DNA of 64,000 nt from an uncultured Clostridia bacterium. Its GTDB lineage: Bacteria; Bacillota; Clostridia; TANB77; CAG-508. Under the pieces are notes generated by a model. That model worked only from the letters and a program-made list of their open reading frames with translations. It was not told the DNA's origin and did not search any database. A program made the position numbers and the translations under genes. The stretch covers positions 68,229 to 132,228 of the forward strand of contig OV788638.1 of the NCBI GenBank assembly GCA_928721565.1, in the 5' to 3' direction. Shown here piece by piece: positions 26,301-32,141 of the stretch. The first letter of the stretch is position 1. Every line of letters starts with the position of its first letter.

Positions 26301-29300
26301 CTATATAGTTGAACAAACAGTCTGAATTTTCATTAGCATATATTGTTTTTTCACTTCCAATATATACTTTTAGCGCTCCACTTGCTTGTTTTTCTACCCA
26401 GCCCATAATTGAGCTATTTTCTTCTGCAGATACATCCCACATACTTACTTCTGTTTCTGATAATGCTTTGTCATAAATGTTTACTTTATAAACATTCATC
26501 TTTGCAAATTGTCCATCTCCAGATGTGCTTCCAGATGGGTTACATCCTATTGCCATTACAGTGTTATTATCAGACTTTTTTATTGTTCCTGAAACAGCAG
26601 TTTTTGCTACTAATGTTCCATTTACGTATATCTTCAAGCTTGTTCCATCATATGTTGATGTAAGACGTGTTTTCACTCCTGTTTTTATAGCATTTGTTGC
26701 TCTTGCATAATAATATGTTCCTCCAATATTTACTGATGTACATGGAACTCCATCTTTTAGAAAAAGTTCCGTTCCTCCTGCTTGTACATTCGCAAGTATC
26801 TCTACATTTCCTGATTGTATTTGATTTATCTCAATTGTAGCATCTAATGTTACTTGATTAGTGAAATTCATTTGCCCTAAGTTTACCCAGTCATCTACAC
26901 CATCTAAAATTAAGTATCCTGTTCCCCAAGCTCCTCCATTGATAGTTCCATCTTGATTTCCTGCAATAGCTTTCCATGTTGTTACATTACTATCAAATCC
27001 AGACCCTGTGTTATACATAGAGTCATATGCATATAATGGTGCTGTTTCACTTGGAACAGTATTTGTAAATGTTACATTTTCAATATTTTGTCTTTGTATT
27101 CCTGTATTTCCTAAAAATCCACTTGTTGCTTCTGTTTCTGTATCTGTTGTTTTTAGTGTTCCTGGTTGAAGTGTTGTATTAAATGTTCCTCTTACATATT
27201 GAACTGTTGTTGATGAATTTGAATTCAATTTTGCATTATGTCTGTCTTTATACAATTCTGATGATATATATATTATTGCTCCTGATTTTCCACAGTCTTT
27301 GAATATTCCATCATATGCTTTTCCTTGCCAATTAGTAAGATTTATATCTCCATCTGGTATATTTTTAAATGCTATTCCTAAATCTAATGTTTCCATTGCT
27401 TCATAGCCACACTTATAAAACATATTATGCATATCTGTTACTTTACTTGTATTAAATTTGTCACCTAAATTTAGTTTTTTCAATGCTTTATATCCTGTCT
27501 CATAAAACATTGTATTCATATCTGTTACATTACTTGTGTCAAAATTTGATCCTAGGTTTAATGTTGTCATTGATGTATATCCACATCTCGCAAACATCCA
27601 ATCCATTGTTGTTACTTTGCTTGTATTAAATTTGCTACCAAAACTCAATGCTGTCATATTATAATATCCACATTCAGCAAACATCCCTTGCATATTTGTA
27701 ACACTGCTTGTATCAAAATTTGATCCTAAGTCAAGTGTTGTTAAATTAGAATATCCAAAAGCATGAAACATTCCCTTCATATTAGTTACTTTGCTTGTAT
27801 TAAATTTGTCTCCTAAACTAAACGTTGTTACTAAATGTGCTGCACTTTCAAACATTCCTTCCATATTTGTTACATTGCTAGTGTCAAATTTACTTCCTAA
27901 ATTTATCTCAGATAAACTATCCATTCCGCAGTGCCAAAACATGTAATCCATGTCAGTTACTTTACTTGTGTCAAAGTTTGCTCCAAGATTAAGTTTTTTT
28001 AACGTATATGGTCCTATATCAGAAAACATTTCTCTCATATTTGTAACATTACTTGTGTCAAAAGTATCTCCTAAATCTAAGCTTGTCATTGCATGATAGC
28101 CAGTAGAAGAAAACATATTATGCATATCTGTTACTTTACTTGTATTTAAATATCTAAGATTCGTAATTGTCTCTGTTGCTGTACAATTGTCTGAAAGTCC
28201 TATACAAGAAAATAAATAACTTGAATCTTCATTTGCATAAATAGTTCCTGAACTTCCAATATATACTTTATATGTTCCATTAGCTTGTGTTTCATACCAT
28301 GCTAATATTGAACCATTTCCTTCTTCTGATACATCCCATTTTGTTGAGTTTGCTCCTGATGTACTGTCTAATAGTGTTACATTGTCTATATTTTGTCTTT
28401 GTATGCTTGTGTTTCCCAAAAAACCACTTGTTTTTTCTGTTTCTGTATTTGTTGTTTTTAGTGTTCCATCTTTTGCTATTTTCTTAAATGTTCCATTTGT
28501 ATATGTTATTTTTGTTGTTGATGTCGAATTTAATTTTATATTTGTGCTATCTACATATATGTCTTTGGATACATAAATTATACAACCAGATTGTCCACAG
28601 CCATCGAATATCTCATTAATAGTCCCCCCAAAGTCCGATTTACAATCTGAAATATTGGTAAATGCTGTTCCCAAGTTCAAGCTTGTCATTTTTTCATATC
28701 CACAACTATTAAACATATATTCCATACATTCAGATTTACTTGTATTAAATTTATCTCCCAACTCCAAACTTGTCATTTTTTTATATCCTGTATTCATAAA
28801 CATTCCAGCCATAAATGTTACTTTGCTTGTATCAAATTTTTTTCCTAAGTTTAATTGGGTCATTTCATTGTATCCACAATCTCCAAACATTTCATCCATA
28901 AAAGTAACATTACTTGTATCAAAATTGTCCCCTAAGTCTAAAGTTGTCATTGCATGATATCCAGTATATTCAAACATAGATGACATTTGTGTTACTTTGC
29001 TTGTGTTTAGATATTTTAAATTTGTAATAGTTTCTGTTGATGTGCATTTATCTCCACTTCCGATATTAGCAAATAAATAACTTGAATCTGTATTTGCATA
29101 TATTGTTCCACTTTCACTTCCAATATAAACTTTATATGTTCCATTGGCTTGTGTTTCATACCATGCTAGTATTGATCCATCTCCTGTTTCTGATACATCC
29201 CATTTTGTTGAATTTGCTCCTGATGTGCTATTTACAAATGTTACATTATCAATGTTCTGTCTTTGTATACTTGTGTTTCCTAAAAATCCACTTGTTGCTG

Positions 29301-31272
29301 TTGTTTCTGTTTTTGTTGTTTTTAATGTTGCTTCTTTTTGTTGAATTCCCCATACATTGTATGTCTGGTTTCCTCCATATGTTGATGTATTTCCACCTGT
29401 TACAGTTTTTGTTCCTGTTCTCGTTGAACTAAATTTTGCATCAGATGATAGTGTTACTAATACTCTTACTCCAAATGCATAGTTGCTGTAATAATTGATG
29501 TTTCTATATTGTGAGTTTGAGTAATATAAACTTCTTGCATTATATGATGTTGGTAAGTAATACCAAGCATAATTGTCTAGAATATTTTGATATCTTGTAT
29601 ATGGGCTTGCATATATTTTTTGATAAGTTGCTGCTGTTGCTGTGTTTGCACCTGATGATATGTATTTACTAAACCATGTGTCTAATCTACTTTTACTCAA
29701 TACTGTTGCACTTGTTGCATTTAGTATTGAATTTACGTAGTTACTCCAATCTCTTTTTGTATATTTTGCTGCTTCTGTTGAACTCCAACTGCTATTTATA
29801 TTTCCTGTTAAAATGTATTCACTTGCATATGCATATGTTGAATCTGGATGAAAATAATCTTCTGGATTTCCTGCTGAGATTAATGTTACTGTATCTCCAT
29901 CAACGTCAAACACTCTCCATCCTGTTAATGCGCTTCCTGTTGATGCATCTTTTATATATCCTCCATATGTTACATTTGATGCAGTAAATGTCCATGGTGT
30001 TGCATTTCCGTTTCTACTATTTCCTGCTGCAAACCCTCCAAATTGAAAGTTTGAACTAGGTCTGTTTACACTTCCGTTTGCTGTTACTTTTCCTGTTGTT
30101 AATCCTGTTTTTATATTATTTATCTCTGCTTGTGTCCATGTTCCTGCATCATAGTTTACAAAATCTCCTATGTGTAATTTACCTGAGCCTGATGAAGTAC
30201 CTGATTCAAATATTGATGATGCTTTTACCCAGTTGCTAGATTCTGTTATCGCCGTTGTCATTATGTTGCTTTCATCATTGCTTGTTTCATCTGCTGCTGT
30301 TTCATTACTATTTGTTCCCTCTGTAGTTTTTGCCTCTGTTGCAATTATGTATTTTATAGTATTTGATGTTTTGCTTGCCGCAAAATCTAAGTATTCTTGG
30401 TCTTGTATGTTTTCAGTTGCAATTGTTTGTTTCATTGCTTCTGTAGTTGTATTTGCTATTACTTCTGACACCATATCTGCTGTTATTACATTTCCTGTTT
30501 CTGCTCCTGTACTAGCTTGAGTTGGTGTTTCATCTGGTAATCTATATATTGTTCCTGCTGTTCCCACTTGTAAATTTTTTGTTTTTATTTCAAGTGTCTC
30601 TCCATATATACTTGAATTGTATTCTGTTTTTTCAGCATCCTCTGTTTCTTTTTGATATATTGAGATTTCGTATGCCTTTTGCATTGTTTGATTTTTATCT
30701 GACATTTTAACACTTGTTAATGTTGCCAAATCTATATTAGCAACCTCAAGTTTTGCATCTAGAGGCATATATCCTGTTACAATTACATCTCCTTTTCCAG
30801 CTCCATTCTCATCTCCTGCACTCATTAATTCTTTATTGTATAATGTTGCTGTAATTTTGTTTTCACTATTCATTGTTTCTACAGTTGTTGTATCTTTTTT
30901 GTCGTAATCTGTTGATATTTGTATTTTTTTATTCGTAATTTCATCATTTGTTAATTTTATTGTTTTATCAGTATTTTCATTAGCCATATCAATTTCTGAT
31001 CCACTGTTTGTATAATATTTGCTAACAATTAATCCATTTACAGATGTTGGCAATTCCAATACATAGTTTCCTGTCTTTTTCTCTATAGCCTCTACTGTTA
31101 TCGTTTGTACTTCTAGGTTATTGCTTTGGTCTGCAACTTCCATATCAACTTCTATGACATTTTCTGCTCTTGAATTTTTTATATTTTTGTATGCTCCAAA
31201 CATAATTATTATTGCCATAAATAGTATAAATATATTTCTGATTTTTTTAACAATTATTTTATTTTTTAACAT
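11368..31272 (-). CDS. Giant secreted/surface protein, 6634 aa. Seven DUF285/BspA-type repeat blocks, many ~130-aa beta-sandwich-like modules, two LamG-like domains and an N-terminal globular domain.
   Basis: Single uninterrupted 19.9-kb ORF in AT-rich DNA. N-terminal signal/anchor MLKNKIIVKKIRNIFILFMAIIIMFGAY. RBS GGAGG at 31279..31283. DUF285-type blocks lie at approx 11400-12230, 15240-15900, 18920-19580, 22600-23160, 25540-26260, 27330-28150 and 28630-29000. No LPXTG or other C-terminal anchor (ends ...SNESAFKMGR). Confidence 0.9.
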   Translation of the reverse strand: MLKNKIIVKKIRNIFILFMAIIIMFGAYKNIKNSRAENVIEVDMEVADQSNNLEVQTITVEAIEKKTGNYVLELPTSVNGLIVSKYYTNSGSEIDMANENTDKTIKLTNDEITNKKIQISTDYDKKDTTTVETMNSENKITATLYNKELMSAGDENGAGKGDVIVTGYMPLDAKLEVANIDLATLTSVKMSDKNQTMQKAYEISIYQKETEDAEKTEYNSSIYGETLEIKTKNLQVGTAGTIYRLPDETPTQASTGAETGNVITADMVSEVIANTTTEAMKQTIATENIQDQEYLDFAASKTSNTIKYIIATEAKTTEGTNSNETAADETSNDESNIMTTAITESSNWVKASSIFESGTSSGSGKLHIGDFVNYDAGTWTQAEINNIKTGLTTGKVTANGSVNRPSSNFQFGGFAAGNSRNGNATPWTFTASNVTYGGYIKDASTGSALTGWRVFDVDGDTVTLISAGNPEDYFHPDSTYAYASEYILTGNINSSWSSTEAAKYTKRDWSNYVNSILNATSATVLSKSRLDTWFSKYISSGANTATAATYQKIYASPYTRYQNILDNYAWYYLPTSYNARSLYYSNSQYRNINYYSNYAFGVRVLVTLSSDAKFSSTRTGTKTVTGGNTSTYGGNQTYNVWGIQQKEATLKTTKTETTATSGFLGNTSIQRQNIDNVTFVNSTSGANSTKWDVSETGDGSILAWYETQANGTYKVYIGSESGTIYANTDSSYLFANIGSGDKCTSTETITNLKYLNTSKVTQMSSMFEYTGYHAMTTLDLGDNFDTSNVTFMDEMFGDCGYNEMTQLNLGKKFDTSKVTFMAGMFMNTGYKKMTSLELGDKFNTSKSECMEYMFNSCGYEKMTSLNLGTAFTNISDCKSDFGGTINEIFDGCGQSGCIIYVSKDIYVDSTNIKLNSTSTTKITYTNGTFKKIAKDGTLKTTNTETEKTSGFLGNTSIQRQNIDNVTLLDSTSGANSTKWDVSEEGNGSILAWYETQANGTYKVYIGSSGTIYANEDSSYLFSCIGLSDNCTATETITNLRYLNTSKVTDMHNMFSSTGYHAMTSLDLGDTFDTSNVTNMREMFSDIGPYTLKKLNLGANFDTSKVTDMDYMFWHCGMDSLSEINLGSKFDTSNVTNMEGMFESAAHLVTTFSLGDKFNTSKVTNMKGMFHAFGYSNLTTLDLGSNFDTSSVTNMQGMFAECGYYNMTALSFGSKFNTSKVTTMDWMFARCGYTSMTTLNLGSNFDTSNVTDMNTMFYETGYKALKKLNLGDKFNTSKVTDMHNMFYKCGYEAMETLDLGIAFKNIPDGDINLTNWQGKAYDGIFKDCGKSGAIIYISSELYKDRHNAKLNSNSSTTVQYVRGTFNTTLQPGTLKTTDTETEATSGFLGNTGIQRQNIENVTFTNTVPSETAPLYAYDSMYNTGSGFDSNVTTWKAIAGNQDGTINGGAWGTGYLILDGVDDWVNLGQMNFTNQVTLDATIEINQIQSGNVEILANVQAGGTELFLKDGVPCTSVNIGGTYYYARATNAIKTGVKTRLTSTYDGTSLKIYVNGTLVAKTAVSGTIKKSDNNTVMAIGCNPSGSTSGDGQFAKMNVYKVNIYDKALSETEVSMWDVSAEENSSIMGWVEKQASGALKVYIGSEKTIYANENSDCLFNYIGYSDNCTATETITNIGLLNTSNVTSMYRVFYYTGYKSMTKLDLGTNFDTSNVTNMFNMFWYCGYNSMTELNLGSKFNTSKVTNMGFMFPHCGEMKLKSLDLGENFDTSNVTNMMAMFGEVGRQKMTSLKLGNKFDTSKVTTMMWMFAGTGQYSMTDFSFGDKFDTSNVTDMYGMFVSFANVLEVIDLGDKFDTSKVTTMVGMFERAGQTSTKTLKLGDKFNTNNVTDMYCMFMNFGNTNVTTIDLGPAFVNIPTGSRDPITTYGSNVPKHEATEKMFSNTGKSGSLVIQAPEAIFKDTTHFRANTNSTTTIELTTGTINPKYRTEWTKENVEVNTTEKTMKITLRGTTNPEVSAKEYTSDVTTSLEKNNVKVLIDGENATNDISIDMGTATQGTNTTTGAKDVIQTITLSNLEQAGFQSGKSFKEWSGNVSLEIDNSTLTDSYGNKNITLENGTVLQNTTIKDSTNHNQNADGNMFIDTIVPTIIYKNANTVIDKSAKSVKLIFDVTDKYYYSENAKLTLSDLTIKIDGKIPDWTKVTRSLSDETLKEVVNGSSKKIGKRYTLTLSNLEQLQIKEGDKYLDYSGVITVTIDADKIKDDSNNTNKTTTITTGIDLPGGEGSEEIIDLVRPIWEKSTGTVDMKSKTATIVVNGTDKYYASNSLTKDKIKVFVDGAETTGTTVNLSSATNLTEERSENGNTSNVQYGVQYTISVSNYPTDKNQVKVRIPAGTLTDKSGNTNEDTDIMIYNALVTTKTETAFTSGFLGNTTLERKNIENVTFMKGGLSSIRATNRYSSENNTGNGYSSTATTWKDLNGSNDGTINGAVWKDGYLQLDGVDDWVNLGQMSFPNSKVMVDTTISLNTIQEGERTILGNLDVGGIELYLYDGTPRFAVYITEENQYVRAVCEEPLTAGKKVRLTGIYDGKNVMLYIDGVLAAKTATSGSIKDPLYDTVMSIGCNPKGDVPDPVGAFVNMNVYDVKIYNNIWDVSAQQDGSILAWSETSNSNGAQKVYIASEGEISANVDSSHLFKYIGAGENCTATETITNIGLLNTSSVTNMEYMFADTGYKAMTSLNLGNKFDTSSVTNMEGMFGQTGNTAMTSLELGDKFDTSNVMYMTGMFLGTGQKAMTRLDLGDKFDTSKVTDMTQMFYRTGNTAMTSLYLGDKFDTSNVTNMSNMFNKTGQTAMTSLDLGDKFDTNNVIYMADMFYQTGQTSMTSLDLGPAFTQIADKNTDMFTDTGKADALEVQAPEAIFQDSTHFKTGTDSETTIELTTGTINPKYRTEWIKEGTTIDTADANTPKIKIKLRGTTNTAVSANEYTSDVTSALSAGNIKVLIEGTDITDIVTKEVGTATQTTNAKTGAKDILQEVTLSNFAEISRRTGKSYKEWSGNITIEVAQKSLSDKYGNKNVETTEDGARADNKITDTTQVDQNTANSMFADFIKPEFTYIYSDENINKEKQTLTVEFSITDKYFDHTSWKTLSDGSYDPTGITVKLLDTNTNIPNLTKKLVKTQDITESRNGEDVKIGEKYELTISGLEQKDSAGNYNNYSGPMSITFPVGVASDKSKNTSNAQTITIGVNNPDNTGNQEIVDVVKPEWRTQNLKIDKANKKVTVDLLGTDKYYSNSLLTADKIQLFVDGVEITSKANVTKTLSGKTPVTETRDGTLQLCGVKYTLTIDNWPETDEVFKASGRSYREYSGTTKIKIPEGTLLDKSGNINQELELEIGKVDFIKPEITKVSSTKDSVAGTETIIFNVTDKYLDTTNELTADKITTKIDGEAVSTITKTLTKLSDISETINGTSKVIGQQYQLVLSNFEQASIATNKNYKDYSGTVSIEIADSAVKDDSNNTNDKTEITGDFVDFIKPIVIYKNANTVIDKSAKSVKLIFDVTDKYYYSENAKLTLSDLTIKIDGKTPEWSEITRSLSDETLKEVVNGSSKKIGKRYTLTLSNLEQLQIKEGDKYLDYSGVITVAIDANKVKDDSNNTNKATTITTGIDLPGGEGSKEIIDVVRPIWKKSTATVDLKNKTATIVVNGTDKYYASNSLTKDKIKVLVDGTETTGTTVNLSSATNLTEERSENGNTSNVQYGVQYTISVSNYPTDKNQVKVRIPAGTLTDKSGNTNEDTDIMIYNALKTTNTEQNADSGFLGNTTLERQNIDNVTFLNNIPTSVFDISTKTYKNDTAWDVSAQQDGSILAWNETSNSNGTQKVYIASEGEISANVDSSYLFAYIGAGENCTATETITNIGLLNTTNVTNMNRMFTNTGYRAMTSLNLGDKFDTSNVTDMSYMFFGTGYTAMTSLDLGDKFNTSNVTNMEAMFMDTGYTAMTELNLESKFNTSNVITMEMMFDHTGYTALKTLDLGFNFDTSKVKNMGYMFQDTGYTLMESLKLGDKFDTSNVQKMSAMFNETGVMKLSSLDLGDKFYTSKVTSMTNMFRLTGNQALLTLDLGPAFTQIPEDNSYFCWNAGKYGKLVIYAPEAIFQDKNNFKLNTDATTSAISYTRGTINPKYRTEWIKEGTTIDTADANTPKIKIKLRGTTNTAVSANEYTSDVTSALSAGNIKVLIEGTDITDIVTKEVGTATQTTNAKTGAKDILQEVTLSNFAEISRRTGKSYKEWSGNITIEVAQKSLSDKYGNKNVETTEDGARADNKITDTTQVDQNTANSMFADFIKPEFTYIYSDENINKEKQTLTVEFSITDKYFDHTSWKTLSDGSYDPTGITVKLLDTNTNIPNLTKKLVKTQDITESRNGEDVKIGEKYELTISGLEQKDSAGNYNNYSGPMSITFPVGVASDKSKNTSNAQTITIGVNNPDNTGNQEIVDVVKPEWRTQNLKIDKANKKVTVDLLGTDKYYSNSLLTADKIQLFVDGVEITSKANVTKTLSGKTPVTETRDGTLQLCGVKYTLTIDNWPETDEVFKASGRSYREYSGTTKIKIPEGTLLDKSGNINQELELEIGKVDFIKPEITKVSSTKDSVAGTETIIFNVTDKYLDTTNELTADKITTKIDGEAVSTITKTLTKLSDISETINGTSKVIGQQYQLVLSNFEQASIATNKNYKDYSGTVSIEIADSAVKDDSNNTNDKTEITGDFVDFIKPIVIYKNANTVIDKSAKSVKLIFDVTDKYYYSENAKLTLSDLTIKIDGKTPEWSEITRSLSDETLKEVVNGSSKKIGKRYTLTLSNLEQLQIKEGDKYLDYSGVITVTIDADKIKDDSNNTNKTTTITTGIDLPGGEGSEEIIDLVRPIWEKSTGTVDMKSKTATIVVNGTDKYYASNSLTKDKIKVFVDGAETTGTTVNLSSATNLTEERSENGNTSNVQYGVQYTISVSNYPTDKNQVKVRIPAGTLTDKSGNTNEDTDIMIYNALKTTNTEQNADSGFLGNTTLERQNIDNVTFLNNIPTSVFDISTKTYKNDTAWDVSAQQDGSILAWNETSNSNGTQKVYIASEGEISANVDSSYLFAYIGAGENCTATETITNIGLLNTTNVTNMNRMFTNTGYRAMTSLNLGDKFDTSNVTDMSYMFFGTGYTAMTSLDLGDKFNTSNVTNMEAMFMDTGYTAMTELNLESKFNTSNVITMEMMFDHTGYTALKTLDLGFNFDTSKVKNMGYMFQDTGYTLMESLKLGDKFDTSNVQKMSAMFNETGVMKLSSLDLGDKFYTSKVTSMTNMFRLTGNQALLTLDLGPAFTQIPEDNSYFCWNAGKYGKLVIYAPEAIFQDKNNFKLNTDATTSAISYTRGTINPKYRTEWIKEGTTIDTADANTPKIKIKLRGTTNTAVSANEYTSDVTSALSAGNIKVLIEGTDITDIVTKEVGTATQTTNAKTGAKDILQEVTLSNFAEISRRTGKNYIEWSGNITVEVAQKSLADKYGNKNITITDDGARADNTITDTTKVDKNTANAMFTDFIKPEFTYVYTDGNIDQTNKTLTVEFSVIDKYFDASTVINKKDGIIVKLLDADTQIPDANITKEITKIEDVTETREDSAEPVKIGEKYRLVIGGLQETDIATGAKYRNYSGPMSITFPEGIATDKSKNTNIAKTITIGVNNPTNTGTQQIVDVVDPMWKTENINIDKANKIVTVDLVGTDKYFDGTQTKLTTDGIKVYIDENEVTSTENVTKQLSEGTELKEERTVNGTTTQVPYGVRYTLTLSNWPENDTTFNASGRTYREYSGTTKIEIPKGTLTDKYKNTNQAQTFTLGDIDFVKPEITKVSSTKGDSTETIIFNVIDKHLDTTKELNADDISVLVDKESASSVTKALTKLSDITATVNGTTKTIGQQYQLVLSDFKQERQSIDSSRNYTDWSGTVSIEIQEGAVQDTFENTNEKTTIDGDFVDFIEPEITYKYSNSDIDYTGKTFTMAIEVIDKYFAESSTLTTENLKNYLTIKVDGEDITDNDKITKEIIATENVLAGTVEKPINKTIDGKIQVGLTNQTVGKRYTLRISNLEQTIKTGEYLDYSGVITVALKAGIVKDTSDNRNVPTTISSGVDFPGGTGDGKIVDVVDPLWEQVGTATATPIKQTASIILKGTDKYLDKAKSKLTASQIKVLVNGQEQTSGITLEVTEDTSVSLTYGRQYKINISGFISNAYQVKLVVAANSLVDSSGNKSKEQEFILYSCLRKTDTETTATSPFLGNDKIQRQKVEKIILEDYANYTDDTRWDVSAQEDGSIIAWYETTPRNTYIVHIGSSIIMNGNAISSYLFAYIGYDSACAETSEESNPIIENIGLLHVDNVTTIDHMFTYFGYSNMKTFSLGKNFDVGAIQNVYEMFSYCGYKSMETLDLGEKFNPKSATNMQNMFAYCGYTAMTSLDLGDNFNTTTVTNMNGMFHHTGYMKMKKLDLGENFDTKNVTDMRYMFMSCGRNAMEALDLGDKFDTTKVTVYKEMFRGCGYQSMTRLDLGDNFNTSNGKDMSGMFQNCGVTAMTSLDLGDKFYTTSSTDMTNMFNGTGTTAMTTLDLGSGFTKIATKHDNMFTNCGNANLVVYSPELIYSNESAFKMGR
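14807..22482. repeat. Intragenic tandem duplication with a 3678-bp (1226-codon) unit: copy A 14807..18484, copy B 18485..22162, partial copy C 22163..22482
   Basis: Antisense ORFs recur with identical translations at an offset of exactly 3678 bp: 14861/18539/22217, 15500/19178, 17315/20993, 17754/21432 and 18324/22002. By eye the copies are identical except for a ~330-bp patch (16405..16735 versus 20083..20413). Confidence 0.9.
23355..23900 (-). other. LamG/concanavalin-A-like domain inserted in the cap of a DUF285 block (copy 2)
   Basis: Protein segment TWKDLNGSNDGTINGAVWKDGYLQLDGVDDWVNLGQMSFP...LTGIYDGKNVMLYIDGVLAAKTATSG...MSIGCNP...VNMNVYDVKIYNN. The xGxxLxFDGxDDxVxL ... Y(D/N)Gxxx(K/L)(I/L)Y(V/I)(N/D)G pattern is typical of Laminin_G_3-type domains. 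Confidence 0.7.
26440..26990 (-). other. LamG/concanavalin-A-like domain inserted in the cap of a DUF285 block (copy 1)
   Basis: Protein segment TWKAIAGNQDGTINGGAWGTGYLILDGVDDWVNLGQMNFT...LTSTYDGTSLKIYVNGTLVAKTAVSG...MAIGCNP...AKMNVYKVNIYDKALSETEV. Confidence 0.7.
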
Positions 31273-31323
31273 GATTTTCCTCCGTTTTTTGTTGCAATTT
31301 TTCTCTTGCTTTTTCTCAATATA

Positions 31324-31352
31324 TTTATATCATAACACTCATTTTTTTTCAA
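31324..31352 (-). promoter_or_regulatory. Putative sigma-A-type promoter of the 6634-aa gene (-35 TTGAAA, 17 nt spacer, -10 TATAAA)
   Basis: Minus strand reads TTGAAA (31347..31352), a 17-nt spacer, then TATAAA (31324..31329). The surrounding sequence gttgaaaaaaa..gtgttatgatataaa is shared with 10935..10970. Confidence 0.5.
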
Positions 31353-31450
31353 CATTTTTCAACGTTTTTTTGCTGTTTTTTCCTAAAAAATTTATACCAT
31401 TTTTGGCACTTTTTGGTTCGTTTTTTTTGCTGTTTTTGTGTGCCATTGTT

Positions 31451-31546
31451 GTGCCATTGGGACCGGTTCTTTGCTGGCCATTTGTTCATTAGGGACCGGT
31501 TCTCTTTTGATCAGTTGTTCATTTAAGAACCGGTCCCTAATGAACA
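31451..31546. repeat. REP-like cluster 2: 3 copies (+,+,-). The last two form an inverted REPIN-like doublet.
   Basis: Cores at 31459(+), 31492(+) and 31526(-). Confidence 0.9.
31483..31546. repeat. REPIN-like inverted doublet
   Basis: GTTCATTAGGGACCGGTTCT (31484..31503) and AGAACCGGTCCCTAATGAAC (31526..31545) are exact reverse complements separated by 22 nt. Confidence 0.85.
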
Positions 31547-31673
31547 CCTAGTGAACACCTAATGAACGATTATTTGATTAGAAAGTTGCTTTTATTGTCA
31601 TAATATGTTAAAATAAAATATGATTTTGGTAACTGTCAACCTTTTGTTCATATTTTAGGAGGTAAAATACATT

Positions 31674-32075
31674 ATGATTGAACAAATTATACTTGACAAG
31701 GCGCCTGCCGAAGATTTTCTAATGAATTTTTCAAATATGGCGAGTCAATATGGTGAAAAAAATATTATTTTATTAGATTTAAAGCTTTTAGATTATATTA
31801 AGAGTTTTTCAGAAGCTCCTGATATTAAATTGGATTTAAATCCAGACGCTTCGCTATTCAATCCTACGGTATCTGGAAATAATTATGTTGATGATAGCAC
31901 GATTTATTTTAGGATTTCTAATTCTAAAAAAGAGTCTTGGCTTTTTGAAGCTAGATCTGTTTCTGATAATATTGTGATTCTAACTTTTTTTAGATATAGT
32001 CAGGATTATAATTTGTGCTATCTTCCGCCCAAAGTTATTGATAACATAGATAATGTTTTCATTTGGACTATTTAA
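31674..32075 (+). CDS. Hypothetical protein (133 aa)
   Basis: ORF track. RBS-like aggagg shortly upstream (ttttaggaggtaaaatacattATG). No recognisable motif. Confidence 0.6.
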   Translation: MIEQIILDKAPAEDFLMNFSNMASQYGEKNIILLDLKLLDYIKSFSEAPDIKLDLNPDASLFNPTVSGNNYVDDSTIYFRISNSKKESWLFEARSVSDNIVILTFFRYSQDYNLCYLPPKVIDNIDNVFIWTI

Positions 32076-32092
32076 TTTTTTCATCATATCAT

Positions 32093-32124
32093 AAAAAGAA
32101 GCTCCAAATTAGGGCTTCTTTTTG
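32093..32124. terminator. Putative bidirectional rho-independent terminator between convergent genes
   Basis: aaagaagc (32095..32102) pairs with gcttcttt (32114..32121). An A-run lies on the left and a T-run on the right. Confidence 0.55.
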
Positions 32125-32141
32125 TTTTAAGTTTTTTGGTT

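Noticed and set aside
189-31492. Dozens of plus-strand ORFs (60-416 aa) rich in L/F/V/S/I listed across the giant genes, for example 24959..26209 (416 aa), 3151..3645 and 505..813
   Set aside because: They are the antisense frames of the long minus-strand ORFs. The T-rich plus strand gives stop-poor, Leu/Phe-rich, low-complexity frames. They lack RBSs, recur identically at the 3678-bp repeat offset, and have no recognisable motifs.
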